From Sphyrna mokarran (taxonomy: Eukaryota): a DNA stretch of 64,000 bases. Location: contig JAGIQG010000004.1 of NCBI GenBank assembly GCA_024679065.1, positions 73,222,001 to 73,286,000 of the forward strand, read 5' to 3'. Below the pieces are notes generated by a model. It ran no database searches, was not told the origin of the DNA, and was given only the letters and a program-made list of their open reading frames with translations. This document shows positions 1 through 13,199 of this stretch, piece by piece. Within the stretch, counting starts at the first letter, position 1. Each line of letters begins with the position of its first letter. The translations under genes and the position numbers were made by a program.

Positions 1-308
1 AGATGCTGGCAATGGTCTCTGCAACTGACAGTGTGAGCCCCAAAGACTATGTTGGCTGCCCAGCAGGATCAGAGCTAAGGGCATCTTTTCAGTGCTGGAG
101 AAGAACTTGGACTCAAAGGATCCATTCGTCATGGTTCACATGGATGAGCAACACCAGTAGGGCTAAAACAGAGGGTATGCGGAGCAAGTGTGAGCAACGA
201 AGAACTACTGAAAAACAGAATCACAAATGGTAATATTCTCTGGATTACTAGCTGAACCACAAGAATCAGGTCAACAAGGTCAGGGTGTTGTAATAAAGGT
301 AGTGAATG

Positions 309-425
309 CTGAAGAAGAGTGACTCTAACTCTGTTTCTCTCCCCCCAGACACGCTGCCAGGCCTGCTGAATTGTTCCAAATTTATTTTTATTTCAGATCT
401 CCAGCATCCACCATGTTTTGCTTTT
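309..425 (+). mobile_element. Penelope-like element (PLE) 3' tail fragment with decayed hammerhead region
   Basis: ctgaagaagag...aactctgtttctctc...gctgccaggcctgctgaa...tttatttcagatctccagcatc; same tail type as 44725-44826, 41648-41747(-) and ~38000-38075(-). Confidence 0.55.
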
Positions 426-454
426 ACTTCAAAGAGTTGAATGAGTGGATAAAT

Positions 455-950
455 ATGGTGCAGTGATAGCATCCGAACACTGGATCAGAAAGTCTGGGTT
501 CGAGTCCTACACTAAGACTTGTTAGCCATAGAACAAGCGTTCAATGCACTTTAATAGGCTGATAATCAGCTCAGAAACATTTCCCCCACTATTCCCCAAA
601 GGTTAACAACCATATGGGTGTAACAATACGCAAGAGAAAAAGAGATAGTGGATGAGTGGAGAAATGGGATTCAATTTATGGGACTTACCTGAACTATATT
701 GGTACCAATGTTTAGGTAAATAGTATAACAAGGACTGTAGGAAGGGCTTTAAGCTAACTAGTTGAGGTATGGAGGGAAGCTGAAAAGAAAGAAAAAGGCA
801 ATAGTGTAGGATAGTGATGGGAGTAATAATAGCCAGAATGTGACAATAAGGAACAAAATGTACAAACATTAAAGTGCAACAGCAAATCAAACGGTAGATA
901 AAGCTTAAAGTAGCAAATGGCTCATGTCCTCCTCCTATTTCCTATGATCT
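455..950 (+). mobile_element. Old tRNA-derived SINE with a CR1-like 3' end
   Basis: A-box-like tggtgcagtgatag, B-box ggttcgagtcc; head resembles the minus-strand copy at ~57300-57490; ends ...cctcctatttcctatgatcttatgat. Confidence 0.4.
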
Positions 951-1861
951 TATGATGACTACTTTAGTGTCTTTGTTGTTCCTTTCACATCAGTTGGGAA
1001 ATACCACAATTTTGGAATTTTCCAAGCACATTATGTGGCTCACAGCAAGATTCAGCAGGAAAGGGAGGATCCCTGCAGTAGTTACTGAATCAGATATGAT
1101 TGATTGCTGGCTCTGTCGACGCAGCAACTGTGCACCTATAGACTCAACTGAGATTGCACACCAGCAACATTAAGCAAATATTTAGGCAGATCAAACTTAT
1201 GCCAAATTGCCTTAGGACCAGGTCCCATTTTTTAGATATCAATTTGTTCTAAATCCTAATTGACACAGTCCTCATGACCTGTGACGTAACTGTGACCAAT
1301 GCAAGTGAAATCTTTGTTGACTATTTATTGACTTCTTCAATTCTGTCATGGGTAAGGGTTAAAATCCAGTTTCACTCAGAGAAAACATATCAAAGCTTAG
1401 TTTGTATATTCTTACAATGAGTTAGGTTCCTGGACAATTTGGCCCAAGGAATAAGCAGAGCATTCAATTCAAATACAAGCACACAGTGTGATTTATTTAG
1501 AAATGTGTATGCGTATTTTTGGAAGTACTATACACAGTGTAGACAATCATTCAAATGTTGTTTCTCTCCTGTCGCTGTTTTGGAAGCATTCCAAATTCAT
1601 GAGTTTAACCTGAGATTTTCAAAGAGTTGTATGATTTAGACCACGAAAGACCAGGCAAACTATACACTGTGATGATTAAAAATGTAACTGAATGAAACAG
1701 GAAATACATAGATATTGTGACAGTACAATTGATGAAAAATTATTTTCTAACATGCAAGATTTTGTTTTCTTTGCTGGGATATGGCAACATTGATTGTCCA
1801 TCCTTAACTGCACATGAGGTGATGCGGCACAGTCTTGAACTACTGCAGTCTGTTGTGGAGA

Positions 1862-2018
1862 TACAGTAAAAAGTCTCACAACACCAGCTTAAAGTCCAAC
1901 AGGTTTATTTGGTATCAAAAGCCACTAGCTTTCGAAGCGCTGTTTCTTCATCAGGTGAACCTATGTTGTGAGACTTCGGACTGTGTTCACCCCAGTCCAA
2001 TGCTGGCATCTGCACATT
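1862..2018. mobile_element. Penelope pseudo-LTR fragments in inverted arrangement
   Basis: aagtctcacaaca (1871-1883) is the reverse complement of tgttgtgagactt (1964-1976); both arms match the terminus of the PLE at 33790-33890. Confidence 0.75.
1922..1958 (-). ncRNA. Minimal type I hammerhead ribozyme motif (PLE-associated)
   Basis: Minus strand: tcac-CTGATGA-a-gaaac-agc-gcttc-GAAA-GCTA-gtgg. Intact core, stem II 4/5 pairs, palindromic AGCT in place of stem III, stem I CAC/GTG, predicted CUA cleavage site. Confidence 0.65.
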
Positions 2019-2334
2019 GTGGAGATACACACAGGAAATGAGTTTCAGGATTTTCACCCAACAACAATATATTTCTGAGCAAGGTGATATGTAATTTGGA
2101 AGGGTATATGAGGTGGAGTTTTCTAGGTTTGCAGTAGCAGACTGGCTTGGCATGCAGGGGAGCTTAATTTGGCTTGAGGCCAAAAATCGATTTTCCAGTG
2201 GTGAATGAACTTTAAAAATGATATTCTCTGGAATTTAGAGGCGGGTCGACTTCCCGACAAATGATGTCAGCTCTTTTGCATGCATCAGCATGTCATGTTC
2301 ACCAAAAGGACAGCTTGCTAGAATTAACCCCCAC

Positions 2335-2486
2335 CCTGAGACATCTGGATAGATACATGAATTGACAGGGAATAGATGGATATGGACCACACAGTGGCAA
2401 GAAAATATTAGATTAGAGTGGCATCTGTGTTGACACATGATTGGTGGGCCAAAGGACCAGTTCCTGTGCTGTGCTGTTCTTTGTTC
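2335..2486 (+). mobile_element. CR1/HER1 LINE 3' tail
   Basis: ctggatagatacatgaa...ggtgggccaaaggaccagttcctgtgctgtgctgttctttgttc. Confidence 0.7.
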
Positions 2487-2739
2487 ACCCTCTCCAAATT
2501 AATTCCCCACCAGCAATATATTAGAACATTCACAACTGCTTGTCAGTAACTTGTAGCTGGCAAGTTTGATTTCTTCAGCGATTAACTCTGAGTTGCTGCT
2601 GCAGTCGAAGCTCTTTGGGGAGCTGCTATGGCTGCAATTTTATGCCCATGTTCACCATGAATGCAAAGGGTGATGAGGGCGTAATAATGTTGCAAGACTC
2701 AGAATACAAGCATCTCGCCAGCGAGGTTTTGTTTTCCAA

Positions 2740-3200
2740 TTCTCCCCACCCTCTGCAATGAGGTTCCCGGTTCAATATCTTTCCGTATAATTAACAGGAT
2801 TACATGCTGTATCATTCCCCACACATTTGGAATTCCCCTCAGCTGATCTGATGTCACACTGGCAACATTTACAACTATGTTATGAAAATGAGAATCAGGT
2901 AAAAGGAAGTTGTAGGAGACGCACAGATAAGTATAGCCCCTTGGGGGAGACGGCAATACACAGGCACTACTATGACACTGCCTGCAACATTGGATTATCT
3001 GGAGAGAAAAGTGGGCTGTGCAGCCTGCAAGCTGTATGCCAATTTCATCCCCTCATCCAGTGCCCTGCACAGAGAATGGAAAATTCTGCCCAGCATGTGC
3101 TTGAACCAGATGATGGCAGCGCACATTGCAGGCAGGAGAACCAAGAGGAGGAGGAGGAGGAAAGGAAGAAGTATTAGTGGGGAAGGGTGGAGTAGTGGCC
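2740..3200 (+). mobile_element. Possible highly decayed PIF/Harbinger transposase C-terminal relic
   Basis: DKYSPL (~GDKGYPL), LDYL...SALH (~CLD...CxLHN), then an acidic EEEEE run; multiple frames, weak similarity. Confidence 0.3.
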
Positions 3201-5139
3201 AGGCAAAAAGTGGCAGATGTGGTGCAGCATGTCCAGCAAGGAAGAGCAACTAGGAAGGGGGGAGCCTGCGCAAATGATGTGCCCAGGCAAGAATAGTACA
3301 GGGTTTCCGGCTGCAGTTTTACATGTGTTGCCCTGACTTTTTAATTTTTACGACAAAGAATGTGTCTTCTGACCCATACCCACCATAACATTCACTATGG
3401 TCTTCATAATGCTTATGTAATAAGCTGAAGAGCATCATATCGCGTGTGATATGTTAGGCTTCAGAACAAGAAAAATCCAGCCTTGGAAGTGGTGGTCAAC
3501 AAACTGTTCACAGAACAATGGCTTTTCACAATCTCCCATCTGGACAAAGAAGCAAGGCAGAAAAGCAGATGAGGAGAGGATGAGAGACACCAATGAGAGT
3601 TTGGCAAAGAAAAACAGAGGAGAATATGGGGAGAACAACCCAAAAAACAGCAGAAACAAGAAAGAATGAGGCTAACTTACGGTGAATAACACCATGGGCA
3701 CCCATTAGGTCTATGCAAGTATTTGAAGTTTACTATTTTTTAATTCCACTTTACCAGTGGAAGTTTAATTTGTTTCATGATTTAACTTAGATCAAATCTT
3801 TTTCCATTCCTATTTAATACTTGAAAGAAATCATTGGACCAAATGAACATATTAATTAGGGGCACGTTAATAACACGACATGAGATGTTTCAAATGTTGC
3901 TTCAGTTTTGTAGTGCCAATCCCTGGCATTAATATGCCCACATTTCATCAGGCCTTCATACATCCAGCCTATATACCAGCAGGTGTGTGAACATTTGTTT
4001 TCCTCTAGAGGATGGCTAAGGAATCAACGGTAATACAGATGACAGCTGCTGCCGAGGCAGAAACCAAGACTAATACAAATTGATTTTGATACCATCATCA
4101 ATCAGTTGCAACCTTATTTCACTCACATCTACCTTCGGATGACATTTGCCTTTCAGGTACGCTGCAGACTTGAGTAATGTTGGATATTTTTTCTTAACCC
4201 AACATGGCAGGTTTATGCACTCTAATAATTGCACAGTAAAGGCAAAGAAATGCAGGCGATATGCTAATTTTATTTTGCTTTCACCGTAAGTGAACATTTG
4301 CTTATTTTGTTTTAATATTTGGTGCAAGATCCTGTTGGCCATATACACTTGACTCAAATTGCAGGCCCAGAACAGGTAGTCTGAAGAATGTACTTTGGTA
4401 ACTTGGCACAAAAGAGAGCGTAAGGAGATTATTTTGATCTTTTCCATTCTATTCTTGCCTGCTATTCTCCTCTTTACTCCAGATTTATTCAACATTGAAA
4501 TTTAAACTCCTCTCCTTGGTAAAAGCTTTGGGCTCAGTGATTAGACTCAGTGATTTCTGTTGTTTGGAGGCTTACGAGTAACTAGTTGGGAATCAAAAGG
4601 GCATCCAGTGTGCGGACACATATTTCTGTCACAAGTCACACTGGAATCCAACTTGGTGAGGGCATTGACTCTTGCACGTTAACACCCACTAGAAGTATGC
4701 AGAACGGATAAATCATGTTGTCAAATCAGTAAGTAATGCTGATTTGACACAAATACTGGAAGTGTCATTTTGGAAATTCACATTTCAGCCAAAATCCTCT
4801 TTTTAACTCACAGAGCTGGACATACATTAAGGAGCAGCAAGAAATTCCACCCACACCAGAGCTATTTAAAACAATCATCAGCTACTTACGGGTTCATTGC
4901 AGATTTATTTATGCTGACTGTTGCTACAATCAACAAGTGTTTAGTGATTTCCATCACCCAATCAAATATAAAACTCTACATGGAGTGATGTTTCAAGACC
5001 TTTTACTGACTTCAGTGCTTCTCCATAAACCAGTTGTGCCCAGATGAGAATGCACTTACAAATATTCTCCTTGGATTAAAGGACAAACAGAGATCACACA
5101 GAATAGAACAAACTGGTGGAAAGGGAAGCAGCAACAGAA

Positions 5140-5330
5140 AATGGAAAAGGACTCCCATCAGGGTAACATGTCCACCCAGTATACTCAGGGAGCAATTCTT
5201 CAATCTGACCTGAGAGGAACACTACTGGGATGTCTACACTTCAAAATAAAGATATCTTCACTGAAATCTGCTACATGCAGCTTTCAACAGATGTGAAGGT
5301 GACCTTGGTGGTGAACAGGCTCCTTCTCCA
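5140..5330 (+). mobile_element. PIF/Harbinger (HARBI1-like) transposase N-terminal relic
   Basis: Frameshifted PPSILREQFFNL..EE..LHFK..DIFTEICYMQ..LSTDVKVTLVVN..GSF, resembling RLRFxKEVVTEICHLL..LPVAVKVTVALNF..GSFQ. Confidence 0.45.
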
Positions 5331-7021
5331 TTGGAGTTATCCTTTAGCTCTTCACTCTATGCTCTATTGAATAATCCAAACTGCCATGAGCATTTTTACA
5401 AGTGTCATACACACAATCCACATAATGTGCCAAGGAAAGAGTAGACAAAATAAAAAAATCTTAATACTGGAGTGAGTAAGTCAACTCTTTCGTTTTAAAC
5501 AAAAATGTTCAGTAATTACTCCAAAAGAACGTCCAAATTCTGAAAAATGATTGGAGACTTGGGGAACCTCCACAGAAGGCAACTGCAATTATGCTCTGCG
5601 TGGTGCCCTTCCTAAAAGTGTACCAGCTGACTTAATGTTAGCACTAAAAGCACTGGAACTTATAAGCTACAAAAGGGCAAAAGATGACACAGCGCCCAAA
5701 AGTACAAGATACAGTTTGTAACTCTCCTCTCAATCACATACCAATGATGTTATGACATTTTCCTGGGATCAACTCTTCTCCTTGTCAGTTAAAGGTACTT
5801 TATGTTTAGATGCCTAGACAATTTCTCTTCAATGATGACTTCAATACAACAAGAAATCCCAAGAGGAAAATCAAGCTTCATTCATTACTGTCTTACTCAC
5901 TGTTGTTGCTGTTACAACTGTCTCCCTAAAGGATTCCCCGACGGACATCTCATACTGTAAGAGATCCAAGCAGGCAGAGGAAAAGAACCTTTCAAATTCT
6001 TTTACAGTCTTTTCATTTTAGGATATGGATGTGTTCCCCTTATTTTTCCTCCCTCCCCGTCCACTTCTCTATATCAGTCTAGTCACGTCTGGCTGCTACT
6101 TGAGCATTTTACTACCAATCCTGAAACTAGTGCTGCCATTTGGTTTGCATTCATGATGAAGTATCCATCTCCATTGTTGTTCCAAGTCATCGATCCTTGC
6201 AATCATTGCTCTGAGAATAGGAACATTTAATCAATTACCCTGTTACTATTAATAATAAATATTATCCTTTTTAGAAAGGCAAAATCTGTCTTTGACCTGA
6301 AGACAATTAACTACCCATGTAGATGAAGAGAATAAGAAAGTGTCTTATTCTCTCAAAAGATTAGTTCCCAACTGGTATGAAGATCTCCCGGCAAGTATGC
6401 CACAAAAAATGATTCAAAAGAATTCAAAATCCATGCAATTAAACTAAAACTAACCTTAGTCTTCAGCTCTGTGATTGGCACCTCCAAGACCCGACAAACC
6501 TTGGGCAAACTGTGCATGTGCATCTGGGAAAGAGCCGCACATGTCAGATTTAGATTTTTTTACGTTGGTAAAGACCATACAGATGATCAACAGGACTTGG
6601 AGCTGAGGATAAAGGCCCCATGCACCTGCACAAAAAGCAAAATCTCAAAAACGGCACAAAAACCCTGGAAGAAGTGAGAAAGAGAATTTTCGTTTTTTAC
6701 AGTGTAGAGACGTACCATGACATATAAAAAGTTGGGAACCCCTACTCTAGAGCTCAAATTAGGATTGACAAAATAGTCTTTGGAAATTAACAAGGACATA
6801 TGTGAGATGTCACAAACATTCATAACTTCTTTCCAACAATAATGAATTCGATGGGATACGAGGACACAGAATGCAGAATTAGTTTGAGACTCAAATACAT
6901 TACATTTTCTGGATTGTCTTTTTAGTATTTGGTGACATTGTGTGGGCTCTTAACTTGTTCTCTGGTGTTTTAATAGGTCTTTTGATGTAGGCCATCAATT
7001 CTACTTGATATTATTGTTATG

Positions 7022-7297
7022 GTCACAGAATCCCTATAATGCAAAAGGAAGCCATTCGGCCCATCAAATCTGCACCAACAACAATTCCACCCAAGCCCTA
7101 TCCCCATAATCCCCCAACACAAAGGAGCAATTTAACACAGCCTGCATACCTTTGGAGTGTGGGAGGAAACTGGAGTATCCAGAGGAAACGGGGGCAGACA
7201 CAGGGAGAATGTGCAAACTCCCCACTGTCACCTGAGGCCAGATTTGAACTTGGGTCCCTGGTACTGTGAGGCAGCAGTGCTAACTACTGTGACACAA
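7022..7297 (-). mobile_element. HE1-type V-SINE
   Basis: tRNA head (gcagcagtgctaactactgtg on +), V-domain tgtgggaggaaactggag...gagaatgtgcaaactcc, HER1-like tail ccattcggcccatc. Confidence 0.9.
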
Positions 7298-7496
7298 TGT
7301 GTGCTTCAAGTATGAAAGGCAAACACACAATGTAGATATATAAAAGTCCAGTTACTCTCAACCATAAAGTATTATACATTGCAAAGAATTACAATTAATT
7401 GGGGTGCTGAAGCAGCAGAACTCGTGAGCAGCTGTAATCATACTTGGATTGCCACTCCGCTCCATTTTATTCATGCTGGAATGCAGATGCACATGA

Positions 7497-8608
7497 AATC
7501 ATAGAAACATACAGTGCAGAAGAGGTCCTTTGACCCATCGAGTCTGCACAGATACATCATATGTACCTTAACCCCTCCCCAATCCCATCTGCCAGCACTT
7601 GGCTCAAAGTCCTGAATGTTACGACGTGTGAAGAGCACATCCCGATACCTTTTAAAGGATACAAGGCAACCCGCTTTTACTACAAGCAGCGCATTTCACA
7701 TTGTCACCACTCTCTGGATAAAAATCACATTTCTCCTAAACCTCTTGCCCTCACTTTGAACCAATGTGCCCTTATGATCGATCCTTCAACTAAGGGAACA
7801 GCTGCTCCTTATCCACTTTGCCCATATCTCTCATAATTGTGGACATCTTGATCAGATTGCCCCTCAGTCTTCGCTGCTCCAACAAAGACAATCCAAGCCT
7901 ATCCAATCTCTCATCATGTTCTATCCCAGGCACTGTCCTGATGAATCTCCTCTGTATCCTTCTGATAATGTGACGGCCAGAACTCCACACAGTATTCTGG
8001 CTGTGGCCTCACCCAAGTTCTAAACAACTTCAACATGACATCTCTGCTTTTGTATCGATGTCTTGATTGAAAAAGATGAGTATCCCATATGTTTTCTTCA
8101 CCACCCTACTATCTTGCCCTTCCGCTTTCAGAGATCTGTGGACTAACATGCCAAGTTCCCTTTGTTCAACAGAAGTTCCAAATGTCATTTCATTCATTGA
8201 GTACTTTCCTGTCAAATTACTCCTTTCAAAGTATATCACATCATACATTTCAGGGTTAAATTCCATTTGCCACTTAACTGCCATTTGACCAATACATCTG
8301 TGTCTTCTTGTAGCCCGAGATATTCTGCCTCACTATTAGCCAGCCGTCCAATCTTTGTGTCATCCACAAATTTACTAATCCTATCCCTCACATAGTCATC
8401 AATATCATTTATATAAATTATGAATAATAGGAGGCCCAACATCAATCCCTATGGTACATCACTGAACACTGGCTTCCAGTCACTAAAGCAGCCTTCGGTT
8501 ATTATCCTCTGTCTCTGACCCAATTTTGAATTCACTTTATCAAATTATCGTGTATCCCATGTGAATTTACCCTCTTTACAAGTCTCTCATGTGGGACTTC
8601 GTCAAAGG
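7497..8608 (-). mobile_element. CR1/HER1 LINE, 5'-truncated RT and 3' UTR
   Basis: Minus ORFs LLFIIYINDID..ISKFVDDTKIG, WQMEFNPE, IQRRFIR..ERLDRLGL..LEQRRLRG. Confidence 0.92.
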
Positions 8609-8717
8609 TGCCACATTTCTTGCCCAATCTTCCAGCTCTAATCTCTTCAGAAAAGTTCAGCAAAACAAGTTCCCTAAGCCTATGGTCAAGTGTAGCAGAG
8701 TCAGAGACTAATCAGTG

Positions 8718-8930
8718 AATCAAAGAATCCCTACAGTGCAGAAGGAGGCTGTTTGGCCAATCGAGCCTGCACTGACAACAATCTCATCCAGGCCCTATCC
8801 CTGCAACCCTGTGCATTTACCCTGTTAACCCAGAGGAAGTTCTCACAGACATGGACAATCAGTTGAGGCCAGGATTGAACCAAGGTCCCAGGCACTGTGA
8901 AGCAGCAGTGCTAACCACTGTGTCACCATG
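8718..8930 (-). mobile_element. HE1-type V-SINE, internally deleted
   Basis: agaatccctacagtgcagaaggaggc tail and gcagcagtgctaaccactgtg head. Confidence 0.85.
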
Positions 8931-9654
8931 TCACACTCCCTTCTTAAGACACCTGCTGCCATTAAGCTGTCAAGTTTAATAATCCAAACCGCTTTGAGAA
9001 GCCAGGGAGAAGACAAGTGTGTACAGTCAGTGCATAGGGAGCAGAGCAGGTTGTAGCATGAGGGGGTAGGATGGGTCAGGAAGAGGTAGAATGGTCAGTC
9101 AGGGTTGGGAACACATTTCGCAGTGTGGGGTGGCTGTGAGGGTAATTGGGAGGGGATGAGAAGGTTATCAGGGGGTCAAGATGATAGTGGTGGTTGGATA
9201 GCTGGGGGAGGTCAGCAGGGTAAATAGAGGACTTAGACTGTCGTTGGGAGTGAGGAGAGTGGTCGGGTATATTTGAAGGGCAAGGCAGTATAGTCAGAAG
9301 CTTCAGTGGGGTTCGAGGGAATCAGTATTATAATTACTTAAAAGTGAGGAGTGGTTTTAAATCTTTTTCTGAATAAGAGCAGTTATTCTAAGAGAGTCAG
9401 AATCATCCAATGTCACTGATTTAAATCTGAATATTGGATGGCTCCCAGTGCAGGATAATTGCTCATCAGAAATGTGAACTACAATCCTTGTGTGTGGGCT
9501 TGCGTGGATCAGGGGTCCCCCAGCGCATTTTATGTGTTCCTCCTGGGTATTCCTTCCCCAGCCCAAGGAGATTACAGATTTTGAGCTTAAGAGCCTGTAC
9601 CATTGAACCATAGAATCCAATTTATGACAGCGAGTTACCAGCTACGTAAAGAAC

Positions 9655-10100
9655 ATAACTGCTTGCAGAATGTGCAGAGCAGGTCTACAAGAATGTTGCC
9701 AGGGTTAGAAAAATGCAGCTACAGGGAAAGATTGATAGATTGGGATTATTTTCCTTGGTATAAAGAAGGCTGAAGCATGACTTGATTGAGGGGATTGAGT
9801 GTACAAAATTGAGGGAAAGAAATAGAATGGACAGGATAAAATTGTTTCCTTGACAGAGAGTTCTAGAATCAGAGAACATAGATTCAAGATAAGCGGCATC
9901 ATGTGTAATTAGGATATGAGAAGTAACATTTTTATGCAGAGGGTAGTAAGTGTCTGGAATTTTCTACTCAAATTGGTGGTGGAAACAGAGACTCTAAACT
10001 CTTGTAAGAAGTACCTGGATAAGCTACAGGGCTGTGAGCTTGGCAATTCCTCCAGAACAATCCTCATGTTCACTCCCTTCAGTCTAGGGATCACAGACTT
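9655..10100 (+). mobile_element. CR1 LINE 3' fragment
   Basis: MRSNIFMQRVVSVWNFL ORF; upstream VQSRSTRMLPG-like sequence. Confidence 0.8.
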
Positions 10101-10329
10101 GAACAGGTGACCAAACAATTAAAGTCATTCACTGCCAGATTTGGCTAGACCACATAAAGCACAAATAAGTTCTGCTCTCATCTCCCAAAATTTATTATTC
10201 CAGAATTAACCTCCTGTTTCTTTTCTCCACTGCAAACCATCTTCTTGAGTCTCACACCCCTGTTATTTCACCCTCACCTCTAAAAAAAATGTGATGAGTT
10301 CATTTTGCCACGAAGATTGAGAACTACTG

Positions 10330-12115
10330 ATCACCTGCCTCTCCCACTTTGCTCCTTCCCCAAGCCCACCTGTGACGTGGCCTTGATTTTACATTTTTAT
10401 TTATTTTCTGTCCTATCTCCCGACAGGCTCCAAGTTCATTTGTCCATAAAGTGCATCTCCTATTCCATCAAATCTGAACCAGAAGTATTGATGCCCTAAC
10501 TTCCCTTTCTCCTTCCATTTTAGCTGATTTTAATAGTTCACTTTCATTAGCTACTACTTACCCCATATCCCCTTCAACTCTGTCTTCAAGATTCTTTTCC
10601 TCAAAAAATAACAACCCTTAACTTTAATACCCTTGCAACTACTATCCCATCTCTGGCCTCCGTTTCTTCTCCAAAGAGCTCAAAAATGTTGTCACCTCCC
10701 AAAATCACTGGCCATCTTTCCCAGAACTCTGTTTTAAAGTTCCAATTCGGTTACTGCTCTTGCCGTAATGTCTAAGTGGTTTTCATCAAACAAATGACAT
10801 CCTGTGTGAATGTGACAAATGCACATTTTCTCTCCGCATCCTTCTCTGTCTACTTGCAGCCTTTGATGCAGTTGACCATGTCATTCTCCTCCAACATCTC
10901 TTCACAGTTATCCAATCGCAAGGGGCTACACTGCCCTGGTTACATTCTTACCTACCCAGTCCTTCCCAGAGAATCATCTACAATGGCTTCTCAGCCTGCT
11001 CCCACATCAATACTTCAGGTCTCTCCCAAGAATCAATCCTGCTGGTTGGAAGGTGTTTACTACTGACCTCCTCCTACTTCTCATCTGTGAGCTGTGTCTT
11101 TGCAGCATTATCTGAAAAGATTATTAGTCTTCATATACACACAAACATCCTTACATTACTAATCATTCCACTGTTTAAAAATTGTTAGTAGCTTATCTAG
11201 CATCTTGCACCTGATGAGCAGAAATATCCACCAACTCAAAAGCCATTGAACTGAATTTTCATTGGCTCATGTGGACTGGTTTGGAGGGAGGAGAAATTCA
11301 AAAATGGATGGGGGGGTTGTGGAGGGGGATGGAATTCATTGGGATAGCTCCACAACACTCATTTCTAACCCACGGGGTTATGAAGGAGGCAGTGTAATGG
11401 TGGCAATGGTTATCCACTCAGCCATGGTGACTAACCAGTTAAACCACCTAAACCCCAACATGAATTGGATTTTCCAGTTGCTGCATGGAACACCCATGGA
11501 GGATGTTGGCTCCTATCTATTTGAAAGGTGAAGCTCAAAAAAAATCGACTACAAGCACAGCAGCGCCCCTTACTATAGAAGGCTTTACTCTTCATGATGA
11601 ACAGTCCTAACACTTTTAGCTCTCTACTTCTTCTGTAACCAGTGACTCAGAATGGATGCATCCTTATGTACATCAGTAGCACTGACCTCTGACAATAGGG
11701 TTGACGATGTGTCACCGCTAGACCACATCCAATTGGCCCTTCAACTTGGGAATCCACTTTAATTGAATGGGGTCTTCATACATAACCATTCATTTGCTTG
11801 TCTCCTCAGAATTACCCTGTAGTCCCCCTGCTGGCATTTGTAGGTTCGCAAACAACATTTCATCCTGAAGACAGGAGAGTACCCAGGAACAGAGATCCTA
11901 TTCAGTATCTCATTCATGGTTACTGTCTCCATCCCTCTTATTGGTACCTTTCTGAGGCTGTTCTCAATCTTTGTGTCCTACATGACCCTGAGATGAGCTT
12001 CCTATCCATGCTTCTGCAATCAAAATCATTATTTGTGTCTCTGTCACTTCGTTACCTCCAGACTTGCATTCTAATACACATTTATTCTAACATGCCTGGC
12101 TAGCCTCTCATACTT
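10330..12115 (+). mobile_element. L2 LINE RT relic, interrupted at ~11260-11940
   Basis: Frameshifted similarity to NYRPISNLPFLSK, FQxG, NDIL..CD, AAFDxVDH.ILL, WxHSYL; resumes ~11950-12110 (FVTSRL-like). Confidence 0.7.
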
Positions 12116-12184
12116 TCATATTTTTCATATTCCACCCAGAATCTATTCTGTTTACCAGTTGGTTGTCAAAGAAAAAAATGGTTC

Positions 12185-12370
12185 AGAGGGAGGCCCTCAA
12201 CTCTTCTTCAAAACAGTAACACAAATCTCTAATATCTACCAGATGGCAGACAGTTTAAAACCTCACCTGAAAGGCTGCACCTCCAACAATGCGGCAATCC
12301 CTCACTACTGTACCAAAGCATCAGTCTAGATTATGTGTTTAATTATCTGGGGTGGGACCTGGAATTCATT
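12185..12370 (-). mobile_element. DeuSINE (SacSINE1-like) fragment
   Basis: Minus strand cacataatctagactgatgc..gagggattgccgcattgttggaggtgcagcctttcaggtgag, matching the Deu-domain region. Confidence 0.65.
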
Positions 12371-13199
12371 CCTCTACTCTTGTCGGGTCTGAATACAAGT
12401 TACAAGAGTATTAGTGGCAATAAATTCAATTTTATTGAATGATGGGTGATGCCATGCTTTTAGACACAAAACACTGAATTCTTTTCATTTAATTATAAAC
12501 ACAATGTTCTGAATATATTTAGCAAATAAAATACATTCAATGAATTACTTTGTAATATATCTGTTGTGTTTTTAATTGGTTTATATAACTGCAGATAAGT
12601 GACTGGCAGAATCAGAATTCAAGATATAAAATGACACTTAATGGAGCATAAAAGCAGCATATAAAAGCAGGAGCCTCCTGTGAGACAAAGCAGACTTGTT
12701 ACAATATATATCGATCATTTCCTGTCACACTTCCATTAAGAAGCCAGAACAGACTCCATCCTTCTAATGAGGTAATGATGGTAATAATATACTTGGTGGA
12801 TAATAGAGACAGATGTCTGAAGTGGAGAAGCATAAATACTTCAGCTAACCTTGGTTTGCATAGCTATAATTTTCTAGTTTAACAGGGCACCTCAACAACT
12901 GTACTTGCATTGATGATCTATTAGAAAGTGAGGTTGATATTCAACACATTTTACTGCTTTCTTTTTGTGATAACTTGACAAATATTTTAACTACCAATAC
13001 TAATGAAATCCACTGGATTTGGCTCAGAATAGTTAATGAGGCCAATCTTCGACTATAGTTAATTTGACGTTGTGATCTCAAATGAACAACCAGTGAACTC
13101 CTTGACATTCACTACAGTGTGTCCCCCGCTCTAGGTCTGACTCTTTTGGAATGAACAGGTTCTTTCAAGACAATTCCCATCACTTCCCATAATAAAAAC

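Noticed and set aside
2995-3249. Hydrophobic membrane-like peptide
   Set aside because: The poly-Leu is the antisense of a (GAG)n run
4070-4495. 141-aa minus-strand ORF
   Set aside because: No recognisable domain and no convincing splice context; likely chance
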